In this document: positions 51,696 through 61,607 of the stretch, one piece after another
How the letters are laid out: every line of letters begins with the position of its first letter
How positions within the stretch are numbered: position 1 is the stretch's first letter
Source: an uncultured delta proteobacterium
GTDB taxonomy: Bacteria > Desulfobacterota > Binatia > UBA9968
NCBI GenBank assembly: GCA_963737905.1
Contig: CAVTUQ010000003.1
Span: 1-64,000, forward strand
DNA: 64,000 bases
Direction of reading: 5' to 3'
Position numbers and translations under genes: made by a program
Notes under the pieces: generated by a model
Database searches by the model: none
Told to the model about the DNA's origin: nothing
The model's input: only the letters and a program-made list of their open reading frames with translations

Positions 51696-52156
51696 CCAGC
51701 GTCCGCGGGTTGATCAAAAGCACCGGAGAAAAGCTCGGGCGCTTGAACCATTTAAAAACCGAACTTGTGCCGTCGAACAGTCGTCCAATCCAGTCCCCGA
51801 TTCGCGCGCGGGTAACGATCAGATGAACATCGCCCTTCGCTGCGTGACCCCGCACTACTGCCAGCGTAAAGATCCACCCCCACCTCAATTCCCTTGGCAG
51901 GCAGAACCTTCAGGGCCGCCGAGATCCAGTCTTTGGCTTTCTTCAAGTTGGCATCCCAGGTGTAATAGCGGGCCAACCTTTGTCCCTCCATAATCGCCTT
52001 GTGGCCAAGCTCTTTGGTGGACCAGCGAAGACCGGCCACTGGATACGGAATCAAGAAGACCACCTTCATACCGCGCCGAGCGACGTTTTCGACGTAGGGT
52101 ATGAAATCTTCCACTCGGTCGTTCCGTTTCATCGGAACCAATATTTTTTTATTCAT
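51691..52156 (-). CDS. Universal-stress-protein-like protein (frameshift near 51860)
   Basis: KKILVPM start; after the indel AVVRGHAAKGDVHLIV...PVLLI; AGGAGG RBS. Confidence 0.65.
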
Positions 52157-52195
52157 GGATTCGTCCTCCTTTCATCACTGTCACTTAAGGCGTAG

Positions 52196-52212
52196 AGCAA
52201 CGAGTGCGCCAA
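52196..52212 (-). promoter_or_regulatory. Sigma-54 (-24/-12) promoter of the USP-like gene
   Basis: TTGGCGCACTCGTTGCT: GG-N10-GC. Confidence 0.75.
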
Positions 52213-52310
52213 GACGGAGTGATCGCCGGATAACCCAATAAACATGCTGAATTGTAGAGGATCTATTCTTTTTCAGAGTTTCGCGCGAAGAACGAAGGAA
52301 CCCAAAGAGG

Positions 52311-52359
52311 GTAACCTTTATATTACCTCGGGATCACCCGGAGGTAATAAAAAAGTTAC
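52311..52359. promoter_or_regulatory. Two GTAA-N8-TTAC palindromes (candidate enhancer/UAS)
   Basis: GTAACCTTTATATTAC (52311-52326) and GTAATAAAAAAGTTAC (52344-52359), 33 bp apart, ~100-150 bp upstream of the sigma-54 promoter. Confidence 0.6.
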
Positions 52360-52772
52360 GCCTTGCACACGTAGAATGCATGCAGGTGCAAAGAAGTGTT
52401 AGGCCGTTTTTCCTTTACCTGGTCAATCCCAGCACGGCAAAACCGCAACCAAAAGCCGGAATAAGTCGCCCAGAGGCGCCAAGTCAAGAATTCTCGAATT
52501 TAGACGTTTGCGTTCTTGCTTAGCCCGAAGCTGACCTCCATTGGTAGAGTTTTGCCTGGCGCATAATCCGAAAGGCCAGTGTCCGTCGTTGAGAGACAGG
52601 CCGTCTCCCGACCACGGGTCTTGAGGATATACTGAATCTCCACCAGAGCACTGTCCACGCTTGGAGGCAACATCAACCCAAAGCGCGAAGATGCTTCGTT
52701 CAATGCGGTCATCATAAAACCAGAGGTTCTCGGTCATGCAACATTTACAACTTCGAAAAGCAACCAATAATC

Positions 52773-52819
52773 TTGACTCCTGTGACTATAGTCAACATAA
52801 TCTGACCATGGAGGTCAGA
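52773..52819 (+). promoter_or_regulatory. Sigma-70 promoter with operator palindromes for the vapBC pair
   Basis: TTGACT-17-CATAAT; TGACTATAGTCA (52783-52794) and TCTGACC-N5-GGTCAGA (52801-52819). Confidence 0.7.
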
Positions 52820-52827
52820 ACATAACT

Positions 52828-53061
52828 ATGAAAGCGATATCCGCTGGAGAGTTCAAGATGCACTGCTTGCGTATAATGGAGGAGGTTCACCGGCGTCGAC
52901 AGGCTATCATTATAACTAAAAGGGGGGTTCCGATCGCGAAACTCGTTCCCACAGACGAGCCGAAGCATGATGTGTTCGGCTGCATGGCCGGCAGCGCGGA
53001 TATCATAGGTGATATCGAAGCGCCGGTAGTCCCGGCCCGAGATTGGAAGGCAAGCCGGTGA
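52828..53061 (+). CDS. Phd/YefM family antitoxin
   Basis: ISAGEFK.HCL.IM..V......IITKRG.PIAKLVP. Confidence 0.92.
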   Translation: MKAISAGEFKMHCLRIMEEVHRRRQAIIITKRGVPIAKLVPTDEPKHDVFGCMAGSADIIGDIEAPVVPARDWKASR

Positions 53062-53453
53062 TTTTACTCGATACTCACGCTTTTCTATGGTTGTGCCTAG
53101 AACCAAAGCGCTTATCCCGGCTAGCGACAGCGGCTATCAGGCAAGCGACTAATACGGGCGGCCTTGTCATCGCGTCGATCAGCTTGTGGGAAATCGCGAT
53201 GCTGGTCAGCCTGGGCCGGCTTTTGCCGCATGGAACGCCTGAAAATTGGCTGTCGGAGCTTATCGAGACAAGCGGTGTAACCGTGAAGGAGATCACGCCC
53301 GCCATCGCCGTCCTATCCACCCAGTTCCCAAGGGACTTTCCAGGCGATCCCGCAGACCGCATGATCGCCGCGACCGCTCGGGCGGACGGTACCAGCCTAG
53401 TTACCCGCGATCAGGGAATAAGGGCTAGCAAACTCGTAAAAACGGTCCGGTAA
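53058..53453 (+). CDS. VapC/PIN domain toxin
   Basis: LLDTHAFLW, SISLWEI, DPADRMIAATA, LVTRD; GTGA overlap. Confidence 0.92.
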   Translation: MILLDTHAFLWLCLEPKRLSRLATAAIRQATNTGGLVIASISLWEIAMLVSLGRLLPHGTPENWLSELIETSGVTVKEITPAIAVLSTQFPRDFPGDPADRMIAATARADGTSLVTRDQGIRASKLVKTVR

Positions 53454-53710
53454 GAGAGAATCGCTATAGCGATGAATGATCCACCTGTGGATCTCATTTC
53501 TCGCGCGGGGATGGAGATTTCAGGATTCGATTCGGCCCGAGCTATTCCTTTAGTATCGAGACTACAGTTATCCGTCGAGCGAGTCGCCGAAATGGAAGAG
53601 TTTTGGGAGTTTATGAAAAAAACTCGCCGGGCGCTCAGACCCCGGAGCATGGAGAACTCCAGAGATGGCCGTGGCCATAAACTCGAAGGACTTACGTGTC
53701 CAGTTTGCCC

Positions 53711-54121
53711 TTAACTGCTCCGCTGTTTAGCAAACTGCTTTATGGACCCTAGATCCATGACCCAGTCCCGCGCAGAGCGGCACCACCCTTGTGATTTGGG
53801 TCTCAGCTCGGCTCGCTGGCGTGCCGTGCCGACGCGGATATTGAACACTTGCGGATCGTCGACAGCCGCCGAGAAGATCGACGTACCACACTCTGAACAG
53901 AACGCTTGCGCGCGTTTAGCGCCGCTTTCGGCAGTCTTCACATAGATTTTCGGTTGTCCGCCCGCCAAGTGAAACGTTTCCTTATTTGCACGAACACTGG
54001 TGCGGAAGGCGGAACCCGATAAGGTTTGGCAATCCGTGCAATGGCACAGCCCAACGTTTTCGGGATCGATTTCCGCAGTGTAGGTGATATTGCCGCAATG
54101 GCATGCGCCGTCGATTTTCAT
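53711..54121 (-). CDS. GFA (CENP-V) family protein
   Basis: GACHCG, CHCTDCQ, FCSECGT. Confidence 0.9.
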   Translation of the reverse strand: MKIDGACHCGNITYTAEIDPENVGLCHCTDCQTLSGSAFRTSVRANKETFHLAGGQPKIYVKTAESGAKRAQAFCSECGTSIFSAAVDDPQVFNIRVGTARQRAELRPKSQGWCRSARDWVMDLGSIKQFAKQRSS

Positions 54122-54172
54122 AACAGTCTCCTCCATTCGTTTAATTACGGACACAGTCAACAAAGCTGGTGA

Positions 54173-54287
54173 TCATTGCCACTGTCCCATCACCTGCTTA
54201 GTTTCTTGTTTCAATCGTTGCACGATCCTTGCCGCCGGCTGAATGTCTTTTGTGAGCCCCACGCTTTGACCGGCATAATCCACCCCG
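54173..54287 (-). pseudogene. 3' remnant of a nitronate monooxygenase/FabK-like gene
   Basis: VDYAGQSVGLTKDIQPAARIVQRL; no upstream gene body. Confidence 0.5.
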
Positions 54288-54370
54288 CGGCAAGAAGTTT
54301 CTGCTTATAAGTCTAAGGGTCTGCTGATCAGGCCACTCTGGCCTCGCGAAGCAAGCATCTGTTGATATCC

Positions 54371-54419
54371 AAAAAAAAGCCAGCGCACCCTGGCGATACA
54401 TCGCCGGAGCGGCTGGCTT
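54371..54419 (-). terminator. Rho-independent terminator
   Basis: Minus strand AAGCCAGC...GCTGGCT followed by a T run. Confidence 0.7.
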
Positions 54420-54476
54420 AAACTCTCCGTTTCATTTTCTCCTCCGAGGAACGTCTTAGGTTCCTCCGCTTTGGCC

Positions 54477-54791
54477 TCACATCACATTCGAAGTTTTCTC
54501 AAAGACCCGGGCTTGCTTAATCCTTTCACCATTTGGCTTCCGTCTCGACCCAGCGATCGCTCCCGCCTGCTGAGCCGACAATCTGCCCACGCCAGCTGAG
54601 GAAACGGGCAGTTGTGAAACCGATTTTTGATCAGTATCGCCGGTTACCAGTTTTTCTGATGTGACACCGGCCGGTAGGAAATCCGAATAGTGCCACTGGC
54701 CTTTTTCATCCTTCCACTTATAAAACTGTTGAGCCAACGCAAGCTGGGTGAAGAAGACTGCCAGAACAACAAAAAGGAGCTGTCGTGGCAC
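54477..54791 (-). CDS. DUF4124 domain secreted protein
   Basis: Signal peptide then YKWKDEKGQWHYSD. Confidence 0.75.
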   Translation of the reverse strand: MPRQLLFVVLAVFFTQLALAQQFYKWKDEKGQWHYSDFLPAGVTSEKLVTGDTDQKSVSQLPVSSAGVGRLSAQQAGAIAGSRRKPNGERIKQARVFEKTSNVM

Positions 54792-54815
54792 AGGAGCTAT
54801 CCCCCCAAGCTTCTT

Positions 54816-55238
54816 TTACCGTCTTCCAATCGCTCGTGGCAGGGGACTGGCCGCGGGCGGGAGCGGACCGGTCGCTCTTGGCAGCGGAGCGACCACTGCC
54901 TGAGACCGTGAACTGACGAACGGTCCTGGCCGTGGCCCAATGCCCGGTCGTGGCGCTGGGACGATCACACCTCCTGCATAGCAGCAGGGTTGGTAAAGTT
55001 GATACGACTGGTATGCAGGAAAATATAACTGGTAGTGCATCACATGGAGCTCGTAGTACGGATCATACTGTTGCAAATACGCCAGATATTGCTGCCACTG
55101 CAAATACTGCTGATATTGCTGATACTGAGCATCCCAATATGGATCGTAGTAGGAGGGGCCATACGCCTGTGCCTGAAGGTCCCGGGTGCTCAAAACAAGA
55201 AAGCCCAGCAGTGTAACCGCTAAGAATAGCTTTTTCAT
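54816..55238 (-). CDS. Secreted Tyr/Gln-rich, Pro-rich hypothetical protein
   Basis: MKKLFLAVTLL signal peptide; YQQYQQYLQWQQYLAYLQQY; Pro-rich tail; GGAGG RBS. Confidence 0.7.
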   Translation of the reverse strand: MKKLFLAVTLLGFLVLSTRDLQAQAYGPSYYDPYWDAQYQQYQQYLQWQQYLAYLQQYDPYYELHVMHYQLYFPAYQSYQLYQPCCYAGGVIVPAPRPGIGPRPGPFVSSRSQAVVAPLPRATGPLPPAASPLPRAIGRR

Positions 55239-55287
55239 CGGATTACCCTCCCCACACAATTAGACGTACCAAGCTAGAAATTAGCAC

Positions 55288-55303
55288 AGCAAACCACATG
55301 CCG
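55288..55303 (-). promoter_or_regulatory. Sigma-54 promoter of the Y/Q-rich gene
   Basis: CGGCATGTGGTTTGCT: GG-N10-GC, ~50 bp upstream of the ATG. Confidence 0.6.
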
Positions 55304-55520
55304 CCAGAGCTAAGGAAGATCGAAATCGGCATAAGTCTCTCTAATTGAAGGGACTTGTTTGCTTAGGGGGTGAACTGGAGCTGGAGTCGGAGATTTACGA
55401 GACGCCGGAACAACGCCAGCATCTCGCAGGACGAAATCGACAACACTCTCAGGGCGGTTCTGGGCCTCTAAGCGTTACTCAAAATTTCGCACAATCCACC
55501 CGGCATTCACGAAGAGGGGC

Positions 55521-58500
55521 TTGCAGATCCTCGTCGAGACAACTAGTTTTAACATTGTGAACGATCTGCACAGAATCCTTTTGCCTTCCCCTAAGCAAGA
55601 ACAAATAGAGAGGTTACTTCAAAAGAGCCCTTCACCTTCGCTCGCGCGAAATCATCTTCTGCGCCTCTTAGAACATGGCGGCGCTACATCGATCAGGAAA
55701 ATCCCCGCGGCGGATTGGCCGGCCCTGGCTCGTCTACTCGGGGCGAGCGCCCATCTCAGCGACGTCCTGATCCGGCAAGGGACAGATTGGCCCAAATTCT
55801 TTCTCCGGCAGGTCAAGATAAAAGAGAGAACCGTAGCTGAGCATCTAGCGGTGCTAAGACCTATGGTCAAGGAAGCCAGGTCGCTCGACGACTTCTCAGC
55901 GGCATTGCGTCGCCATAAGCAGCGGGAATATCTCCGCATCGGGGCGCGAGACCTGCTCCCTTCGGTGAGCATGGAAGAGACGGTGAGAGAGCTCACCGCT
56001 TTGGCGGAAGCATCGTTGGATGCGGCCTATCGCTTTTGCAGAGGCGAGGTGGAAAAAGATTACGGTTCTCTTTTGCTGCCGGACAGGAAGTCGCAGAGCC
56101 GTTTCGTCATCCTGGGGATGGGCAAACTAGGTGGCGGAGAATTAAATTTCAGTTCCGATATCGACGTGACCTTCTTGTATGAAAACGATGAAGGTGAAAC
56201 CGCGGGCGGCCGGAAAGGGAAAACAACCCCGAGAGAATTTTTCACCAACATCGGGAAAAAAATCATTCATGCCATGGGACAGGTCACCGAGGATGGCTTT
56301 GTTTTTCGTATCGACCTTCGGCTTCGCCCCATGGGAGCCAGCGGCCCGCTGGTGCAGTCCATCGGCTCTGCAATGACTTACTATGAATCCTGGGGCCAAT
56401 GCTGGGAACGCGCCGCTTTGATCAAAGCTCGGCCGGTAGCGGGGGACCGCGAGCTTGGAGTGAATTTTCTGAAAGAGATCGAACCCTTCATCTACCGGCG
56501 CTATTTGGATTACACGACCGTAGACGAGCTGCGGCACATGAAGATGCGCATAGAAAATGAGCTCTTGACCTCGGAAGGCAAGGAAAGAAACATCAAGCTT
56601 GGCTACGGCGGTATTCGCGAAATAGAATTTTTTACGCAGGCCATGCAATTGGTCAACGGGGGCTATGAACCGCGCATACGCGAGCCCAACACGTTGCGGG
56701 CACTGGCGCAGCTTGCGCAGCATAAGTTTATTCCAGCGCGAGACAAGAATCAGCTCAGCGACGCATATCGCTTTCTCCGGCAGGTGGAACACAAAGTTCA
56801 AATCGTGCAGGAAGCGCATGTGCACTCGATTCCCGATGGCGAAGATCAGGAACGGGCTCTGGCTCGCCGCCTCGGTTACGCTCGCACCAAGAAACAAAAT
56901 GAGCGGGAGCTTTTTTGGCAAGACCATCGCGCGCATACGACTACCGTACGAAACATTTTCGACCGGCTCTTTTACAGCGCGCAAAAAGATATCACCAAGG
57001 AAGGCGAGTCCGAAGTCGGGTCGATTTGGAACGATCTTGACCGGCAAGAAATCATCGTCCGGGAGCTTGAGAAAGCCGGCTTCGCCGACCCTCGCAAGGC
57101 CTACGGGAACCTTCTCGCCGTGCGCGATGGGGAAGTGTACGCTCCGCCGAGCCCCAAGAGACTCAAAGTGATGCGCAGCCTCGGTCCGGCTTTGGTCACC
57201 GAGATCGCCAAATCGTCTGCTCCGGATCAAGCGCTGCTGAATCTGTCTAAATTCAGCCATCGGATCGGTGGGCGGACCGGATTTCTAACCCTTTTAGCCG
57301 AGAACCCGGCAACCATGCGATTGCTCATTACTTTGTTCGCCGAGAGTCAGTTTCTCACCGATCTCTTCTTGAACCGTCCGGAGCTGATTGACACTTTGAT
57401 CCGCGGCGATCTGACACGCATCCAAAAGAGTAGAGACGACATGCTGGCGGAGCTGCGGGCGACATTGGAGGAAAACGCCGATCTGGAAGCTAAGCTCAAT
57501 GCCCTGCGGCGCTATAAGACCGAGGAATTCATCCGTATCGGGCTGCACGATCTCGGTGGCGCAATTGAACTGGAGGCTGTCCTCAAACAGCTCTCGAACC
57601 TTGCCGAGGCTTGTCTTGAGTGCGCTCTCCAGCTGACCATTGACGAACTACAACGGAAATTCGGTCCCATCCATCAATCGAGTTTCGCCGTCCTTGGAAT
57701 GGGAAAAATGGGAGGGAGAGAGCTCGATTATAATTCCGACCTTGATCTCGTTTTTATCTACGCCGCCCACGAGGACGCCCAAAGCCGCGGTGGTACCCAA
57801 GGGAAGCTTGGGGCTCATGAGTTCTACGTGCGGGTCGGCCAAAAGCTCATTACCTACCTCTCCGCGCCGACGGAAGAAGGTGTGGCGTATAAGATCGACA
57901 TGCAGCTCCGCCCCTCGGGCAAATCCGGCCCCTTGGTCTGTTCACTCGAAGCCTTCCGCGATTATCACAAAACCAGTTCGCTGCTGTGGGAACGACAAGC
58001 GCTGATCAAAGCTCGTTTTGTCGCGGGAGATCCGGCGCTCGGGAAGCAGATTGAAAAGGTCGCAGAAAGCTTTGCTTACGGACAAGGACTAACATCCGAA
58101 GGCATCGGTGAGATTCACCATCTGCGTATGCGCATGGAACGCGAACTGTCCGGCGAAGACGAAACCCGTTTCAATCTAAAAAAAGGCCGAGGCGGATTGG
58201 TCGACATCGAGTTCCTAACTCAAATGCTCCAGCTCTCGCATGGCTTTCGCCATCCCGAGTTGAGACGCAGAGAAACGCTGCACGCGCTGAGAGCATTAAA
58301 TGAGAAAGCCATTCTGAAGAAAGCCGATTACCAACTGCTTGCTGATGGCTATCTCTTTTTGCGAACTTTAGACCATCGCCTGCGCTTGGAACGCGATCAG
58401 TCGATCGATGCTTTCGAGCGCGAGCCCGGCCGCCTCGAACGTATTGCCCATGCGTTGGGATACAACGACGTGAGACGGGACACCCGCAAAAAGGTCCCAA

Positions 58501-58589
58501 AGGCCGGCCAGAAACTGCTACGCGATTACGAGTCACGGAGAGAGAAAATTCGCCGATGCTACGAGCGTTACTTCTTGCTAAAGCGGTAA
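55521..58589 (+). CDS. glnE: Bifunctional glutamine synthetase adenylyltransferase (start approximate)
   Basis: Two NT domains: GMGKLGGGELNFSSDID / GMGKMGGRELDYNSDLD; DLRLRP, WER.ALIKAR, GGIREIEF. Confidence 0.96.
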   Translation: MQILVETTSFNIVNDLHRILLPSPKQEQIERLLQKSPSPSLARNHLLRLLEHGGATSIRKIPAADWPALARLLGASAHLSDVLIRQGTDWPKFFLRQVKIKERTVAEHLAVLRPMVKEARSLDDFSAALRRHKQREYLRIGARDLLPSVSMEETVRELTALAEASLDAAYRFCRGEVEKDYGSLLLPDRKSQSRFVILGMGKLGGGELNFSSDIDVTFLYENDEGETAGGRKGKTTPREFFTNIGKKIIHAMGQVTEDGFVFRIDLRLRPMGASGPLVQSIGSAMTYYESWGQCWERAALIKARPVAGDRELGVNFLKEIEPFIYRRYLDYTTVDELRHMKMRIENELLTSEGKERNIKLGYGGIREIEFFTQAMQLVNGGYEPRIREPNTLRALAQLAQHKFIPARDKNQLSDAYRFLRQVEHKVQIVQEAHVHSIPDGEDQERALARRLGYARTKKQNERELFWQDHRAHTTTVRNIFDRLFYSAQKDITKEGESEVGSIWNDLDRQEIIVRELEKAGFADPRKAYGNLLAVRDGEVYAPPSPKRLKVMRSLGPALVTEIAKSSAPDQALLNLSKFSHRIGGRTGFLTLLAENPATMRLLITLFAESQFLTDLFLNRPELIDTLIRGDLTRIQKSRDDMLAELRATLEENADLEAKLNALRRYKTEEFIRIGLHDLGGAIELEAVLKQLSNLAEACLECALQLTIDELQRKFGPIHQSSFAVLGMGKMGGRELDYNSDLDLVFIYAAHEDAQSRGGTQGKLGAHEFYVRVGQKLITYLSAPTEEGVAYKIDMQLRPSGKSGPLVCSLEAFRDYHKTSSLLWERQALIKARFVAGDPALGKQIEKVAESFAYGQGLTSEGIGEIHHLRMRMERELSGEDETRFNLKKGRGGLVDIEFLTQMLQLSHGFRHPELRRRETLHALRALNEKAILKKADYQLLADGYLFLRTLDHRLRLERDQSIDAFEREPGRLERIAHALGYNDVRRDTRKKVPKAGQKLLRDYESRREKIRRCYERYFLLKR

Positions 58590-58608
58590 TCTTGGATTTA
58601 AAGAATCT

Positions 58609-58810
58609 AACCGCAAAGGTCGCAAAGATGTGTGGGCGGGTTTCGAAACCCGCCGGACTCCTTTGAAAACACGAGGCGTGGAGGGCCTCGGTAGGTCTTA
58701 GTACAACTCCACGATTGTGTCATTCCAGCATGGAGTGCTGGAATCAGCTGACATGGACGTCCCCGACGCATCCTGCGAATCTGGATGCCGGCAATCCATG
58801 CCGGCATGAC
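58609..58810. repeat. REP-like palindromes between convergent glnE and lpxA
   Basis: Perfect GGCGGGTTTCGAAACCCGCC (58635-58654); GTCATTCCAGC...GCCGGCATGAC (58719-58810); CGCAAAG arm at 58609. Confidence 0.7.
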
Positions 58811-58939
58811 GAAGATCTCCATTTTGATGTTCTGTAGGCGAGCGTAAGACCATGAATCACTTCGTGGGGAATAGAACAAAAGGCAGTGTCGTTAATGGCT
58901 GCGACCGTCGGGCTTAGAATCCTCCGAAACCCTCGACCC

Positions 58940-59719
58940 TTACTCGCTCCCACCGCCACAGACTCCCCGTTTCGACGACTTGATAAACTCCAAGAGGGCC
59001 AACACATCTCCGTTGGACCTTCCCTGGTTTTCTATTTCCTTTATCGCCAGGGAGAGATTGCGTTTTTTTCGGAAGAGGACACCAAAGGCTCCTCGAATCT
59101 CGCGAATCCGCTGATCATCGAAGCCGGCCCGCTTTAGACCCACAACATTAACGCCACGAACCGTGTGCTGCCAATCAATGATGGCGTAGGGCGGTACATC
59201 GCGGCTCGTTCCGCTTAACCCGCGCATCAGCGCGTAATCGCCGATCCGCACGAATTGGTGGACAACGCAATTGCCGGATATAAACACGCCGTTTCCCACT
59301 TCAACGTAGCCGCCCAGGAGAGCATTATTGGCGAGAATAATTTGATCACCCAACTTGCAGTTGTGACCGATATGCGAACAAGCCATGAAGAAATTCTCAT
59401 TGCCGATCGTCGTCGATGAACCCGCGACGGTGCCGCGGTGAACCTGAACGTATTCGCGAAAAATATTGTGCGCGCCGATTCGGAGGTAGGTTTCTTCCCC
59501 CTTGTAGGCTTTGTCTTGGGGTGCTTCACCCAAAACAACTCCCGGATGGATTTCGTTGTTTTCGCCGATCTCGGTCCAGCCCGCCAAGTACGCGTGCGCC
59601 ATGATTCGCGTGCCACGCTTGATCTTGACCGGTCCTTCGATGACGACGTAGGGGCCGATATCGATCTCGGAGTCGATTTCCGCCTTGGGATCGATAACGG
59701 CTGTCGGATGAATGCTCAT
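58940..59719 (-). CDS. lpxA: Acyl-ACP--UDP-N-acetylglucosamine O-acyltransferase
   Basis: IHPTAVID hexapeptide repeats, PQD, REYVQVHRGT, HIGHNC, HQF, DVPPY, N.VGLKR. Confidence 0.9.
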   Translation of the reverse strand: MSIHPTAVIDPKAEIDSEIDIGPYVVIEGPVKIKRGTRIMAHAYLAGWTEIGENNEIHPGVVLGEAPQDKAYKGEETYLRIGAHNIFREYVQVHRGTVAGSSTTIGNENFFMACSHIGHNCKLGDQIILANNALLGGYVEVGNGVFISGNCVVHQFVRIGDYALMRGLSGTSRDVPPYAIIDWQHTVRGVNVVGLKRAGFDDQRIREIRGAFGVLFRKKRNLSLAIKEIENQGRSNGDVLALLEFIKSSKRGVCGGGSE

Positions 59720-59768
59720 GAAATTCTTTGCTAAGGTCGGGAACTCACGGACCGCTTAAAGGCAACTT

Positions 59769-59830
59769 AACCACAAAGTGCGCAAAGAACTCAAAATCAT
59801 ATTTTATGTGCTCTTTGCGTTCTCTGCGGT
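59769..59830. repeat. 9-mer hairpin (AACCACAAAGTGCGCAAAG...CTTTGCGTTCTCTGCGGT)
   Basis: Same family as 3552 and 42380. Confidence 0.7.
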
Positions 59831-59834
59831 CATA

Positions 59835-60023
59835 TTAGTCGGCCTCGTCGTCATCGTCTCTGTCCGGTTCCAAATCCAATCTCTTTCCCGGAATGCGATA
59901 CTTTTCTTCTGCCCAAGCCCCGAGATCGATAAGCCGGCAGCGCTCAGAGCAAAACGGTCGATAGGGATTGTTTTTCCACTCAATTTCACGACGACAGGTA
60001 GGGCATTTGACCCGAAGAGGCAT
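59835..60023 (-). CDS. yacG: DNA gyrase inhibitor YacG
   Basis: CPTC...[19 protein letters not shown]. Confidence 0.95.
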   Translation of the reverse strand: MPLRVKCPTCRREIEWKNNPYRPFCSERCRLIDLGAWAEEKYRIPGKRLDLEPDRDDDDEAD

Positions 60024-60033
60024 TCACACCTCT

Positions 60034-61012
60034 TTAACTGTCCAAGGTCGTGGCTGCGAAAAGCTCTTCGACCTCGAGTTTTTTCTCCATGAGACCCTGG
60101 TCAAGCGAGTAACCGATGAAACGCTCCAGGTTGGCTCGGTTTTTTTTCACGCCATGGGGCCAGGGGTCCTCGCCAAAAGCTCTTCGTTCTTCTTCAAAAA
60201 AATGACGACCCCAGACAAAGCGCGACCAGTTGGGGTCGTCATAGTAGGCCGCGCAAGCCTCCTTGGCTTTGTCGAAAGCCGCCATAACACTCTGTGCCAT
60301 CCAGGGATTTTTTTCTAGGACTTCATCCTTGAAGGCGACCATGTGCATGATGGGATAATAGCCGTTCTTCTGAAAATATTTGATTTCTTCTTGCTTCGGA
60401 TCAGCAAATAAGCGTCGAATCTTCGGCGATCCCTTTAGCGCTTGCGGCGGCGGGTGAGGCACCATCAAGGCGGCAATTTCACCTTGCTCCAGCATCGCCC
60501 CCACTTTCTTGCCGGGAGCGACCAGTTCGATATGCACGCCTTCTTCCGGCTTGAATGGCACCGCCTCTTCCTTCGACACAACCCACTCCATCTTGCGCCA
60601 AGGTACACTGTATTCCGACTGCAAATCTCCTTTGGCGAGAACGGAGAGGGTCGTTTGGAAGGTGCTTAGCCCCACGCGTTTACCAATCAGATCCTGCGGG
60701 GAGTTGATCCCGGCATCAACATTGACCCACATCTGCGATAGGCTGAAAAGGCGGCGTGGAAAGACTGGAATTGCGGTAAACGGCATGCCTCGGCTCTTCG
60801 CCATCAGATAAGAAGACAAAGAAAGCTCGCAGACATCGAACTCACCCTTCTGCAACATCCGCTCGTGCCGATCTCGCCCGTGCTTCAGCGGTTCAGACTG
60901 GCCCACTTCGAGAACTTGCAGATCGACCCCTTCGGCTCGCACGGACCCGTCAAAAAACGGGATGTGACGGTCGTAATGGGAGAGTGCAATCGTCAGCTTT
61001 AACCCGCGCCAT
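60034..61012 (-). CDS. 4,5-dihydroxyphthalate decarboxylase-like protein (SBP fold); +1 indel just after the start
   Basis: LTIALSHYDR, FDVCELSLS, YYPIMH, DPWPHG..N; ATG 61012 with an extra G gives MARLKL. Confidence 0.82.
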
Positions 61013-61092
61013 AATCGAGATCCTCTTCTTGTTGCTCTCAAATCTTAACTTCTTGATTACTTTATTTTTCTTAGCTTTCCAGTCTGCCTCAA

Positions 61093-61198
61093 AAGTTCCA
61101 GTCGTTTAACATGTTGAAAAAGTTCAACATCGCAGGAACGATTTGAACTACCGGAGAAAACGATTTGAACACTTTGAACGACTTGAACGTTTTGAACA
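61093..61198. repeat. 9-mer hairpin (GTTCAA / TTGAAC units) downstream of tRNA-Gly
   Basis: GTTCCAG..GTTTAAC..GTTCAAC then TTGAACACT TTGAACGAC TTGAACGTT TTGAAC. Confidence 0.7.
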
Positions 61199-61220
61199 CC
61201 AGTCTTTGGGGAAAGAAGTT

Positions 61221-61295
<75 letters not shown>

Positions 61296-61317
61296 TCAGA
61301 GCCCGACGGTGAGGAAA

Positions 61318-61346
61318 TTTATATGGAATTACAACGCCCTTGTCAA
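61318..61346 (-). promoter_or_regulatory. Sigma-70 promoter of tRNA-Gly
   Basis: TTGACA-17 bp-TATAAA on the minus strand. Confidence 0.7.
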
Positions 61347-61491
61347 TCAAGCACGACGTCTGCCAGCGACGGCCCTAAAATGTTAAGGCTCCGCTCCCCG
61401 GCGCGAACGACGGCAGATGAGTCGTTAAGGTACCTTTGGAAACGGTTTGGGTCTAATCGGGAGGAGAAAGCGAGGTGAGTGTGGGGAAAGC

Positions 61492-61560
61492 GTTGAGGGT
61501 TGAGGGTTGAGAGTGTAGAGAGCTGAGGGTTGAGAGGTGAGTGTCGAGGGACGAGTGTCA
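61492..61560. repeat. Heptamer tandem (TTGAGGG)n followed by (GAGTGTC)n
   Basis: TTGAGGG TTGAGGG TTGAGAG ... CTGAGGG TTGAGAG GTGAGTG TCGAGGG ACGAGTG. Confidence 0.75.
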
Positions 61561-61607
61561 AACGAGAAAGGAAAGGTCGAAGGACGCGCCAAGTAAGAGG
61601 TAGCCGA

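Noticed and set aside
52423-52767. ORFs of 114 and 71 aa, or an ncRNA, between the enhancer and vapBC
   Set aside because: No RBS, family motif or convincing RNA structure recognised
53472-53714. 80-aa ORF after vapC
   Set aside because: No recognisable motif or RBS; cannot be supported
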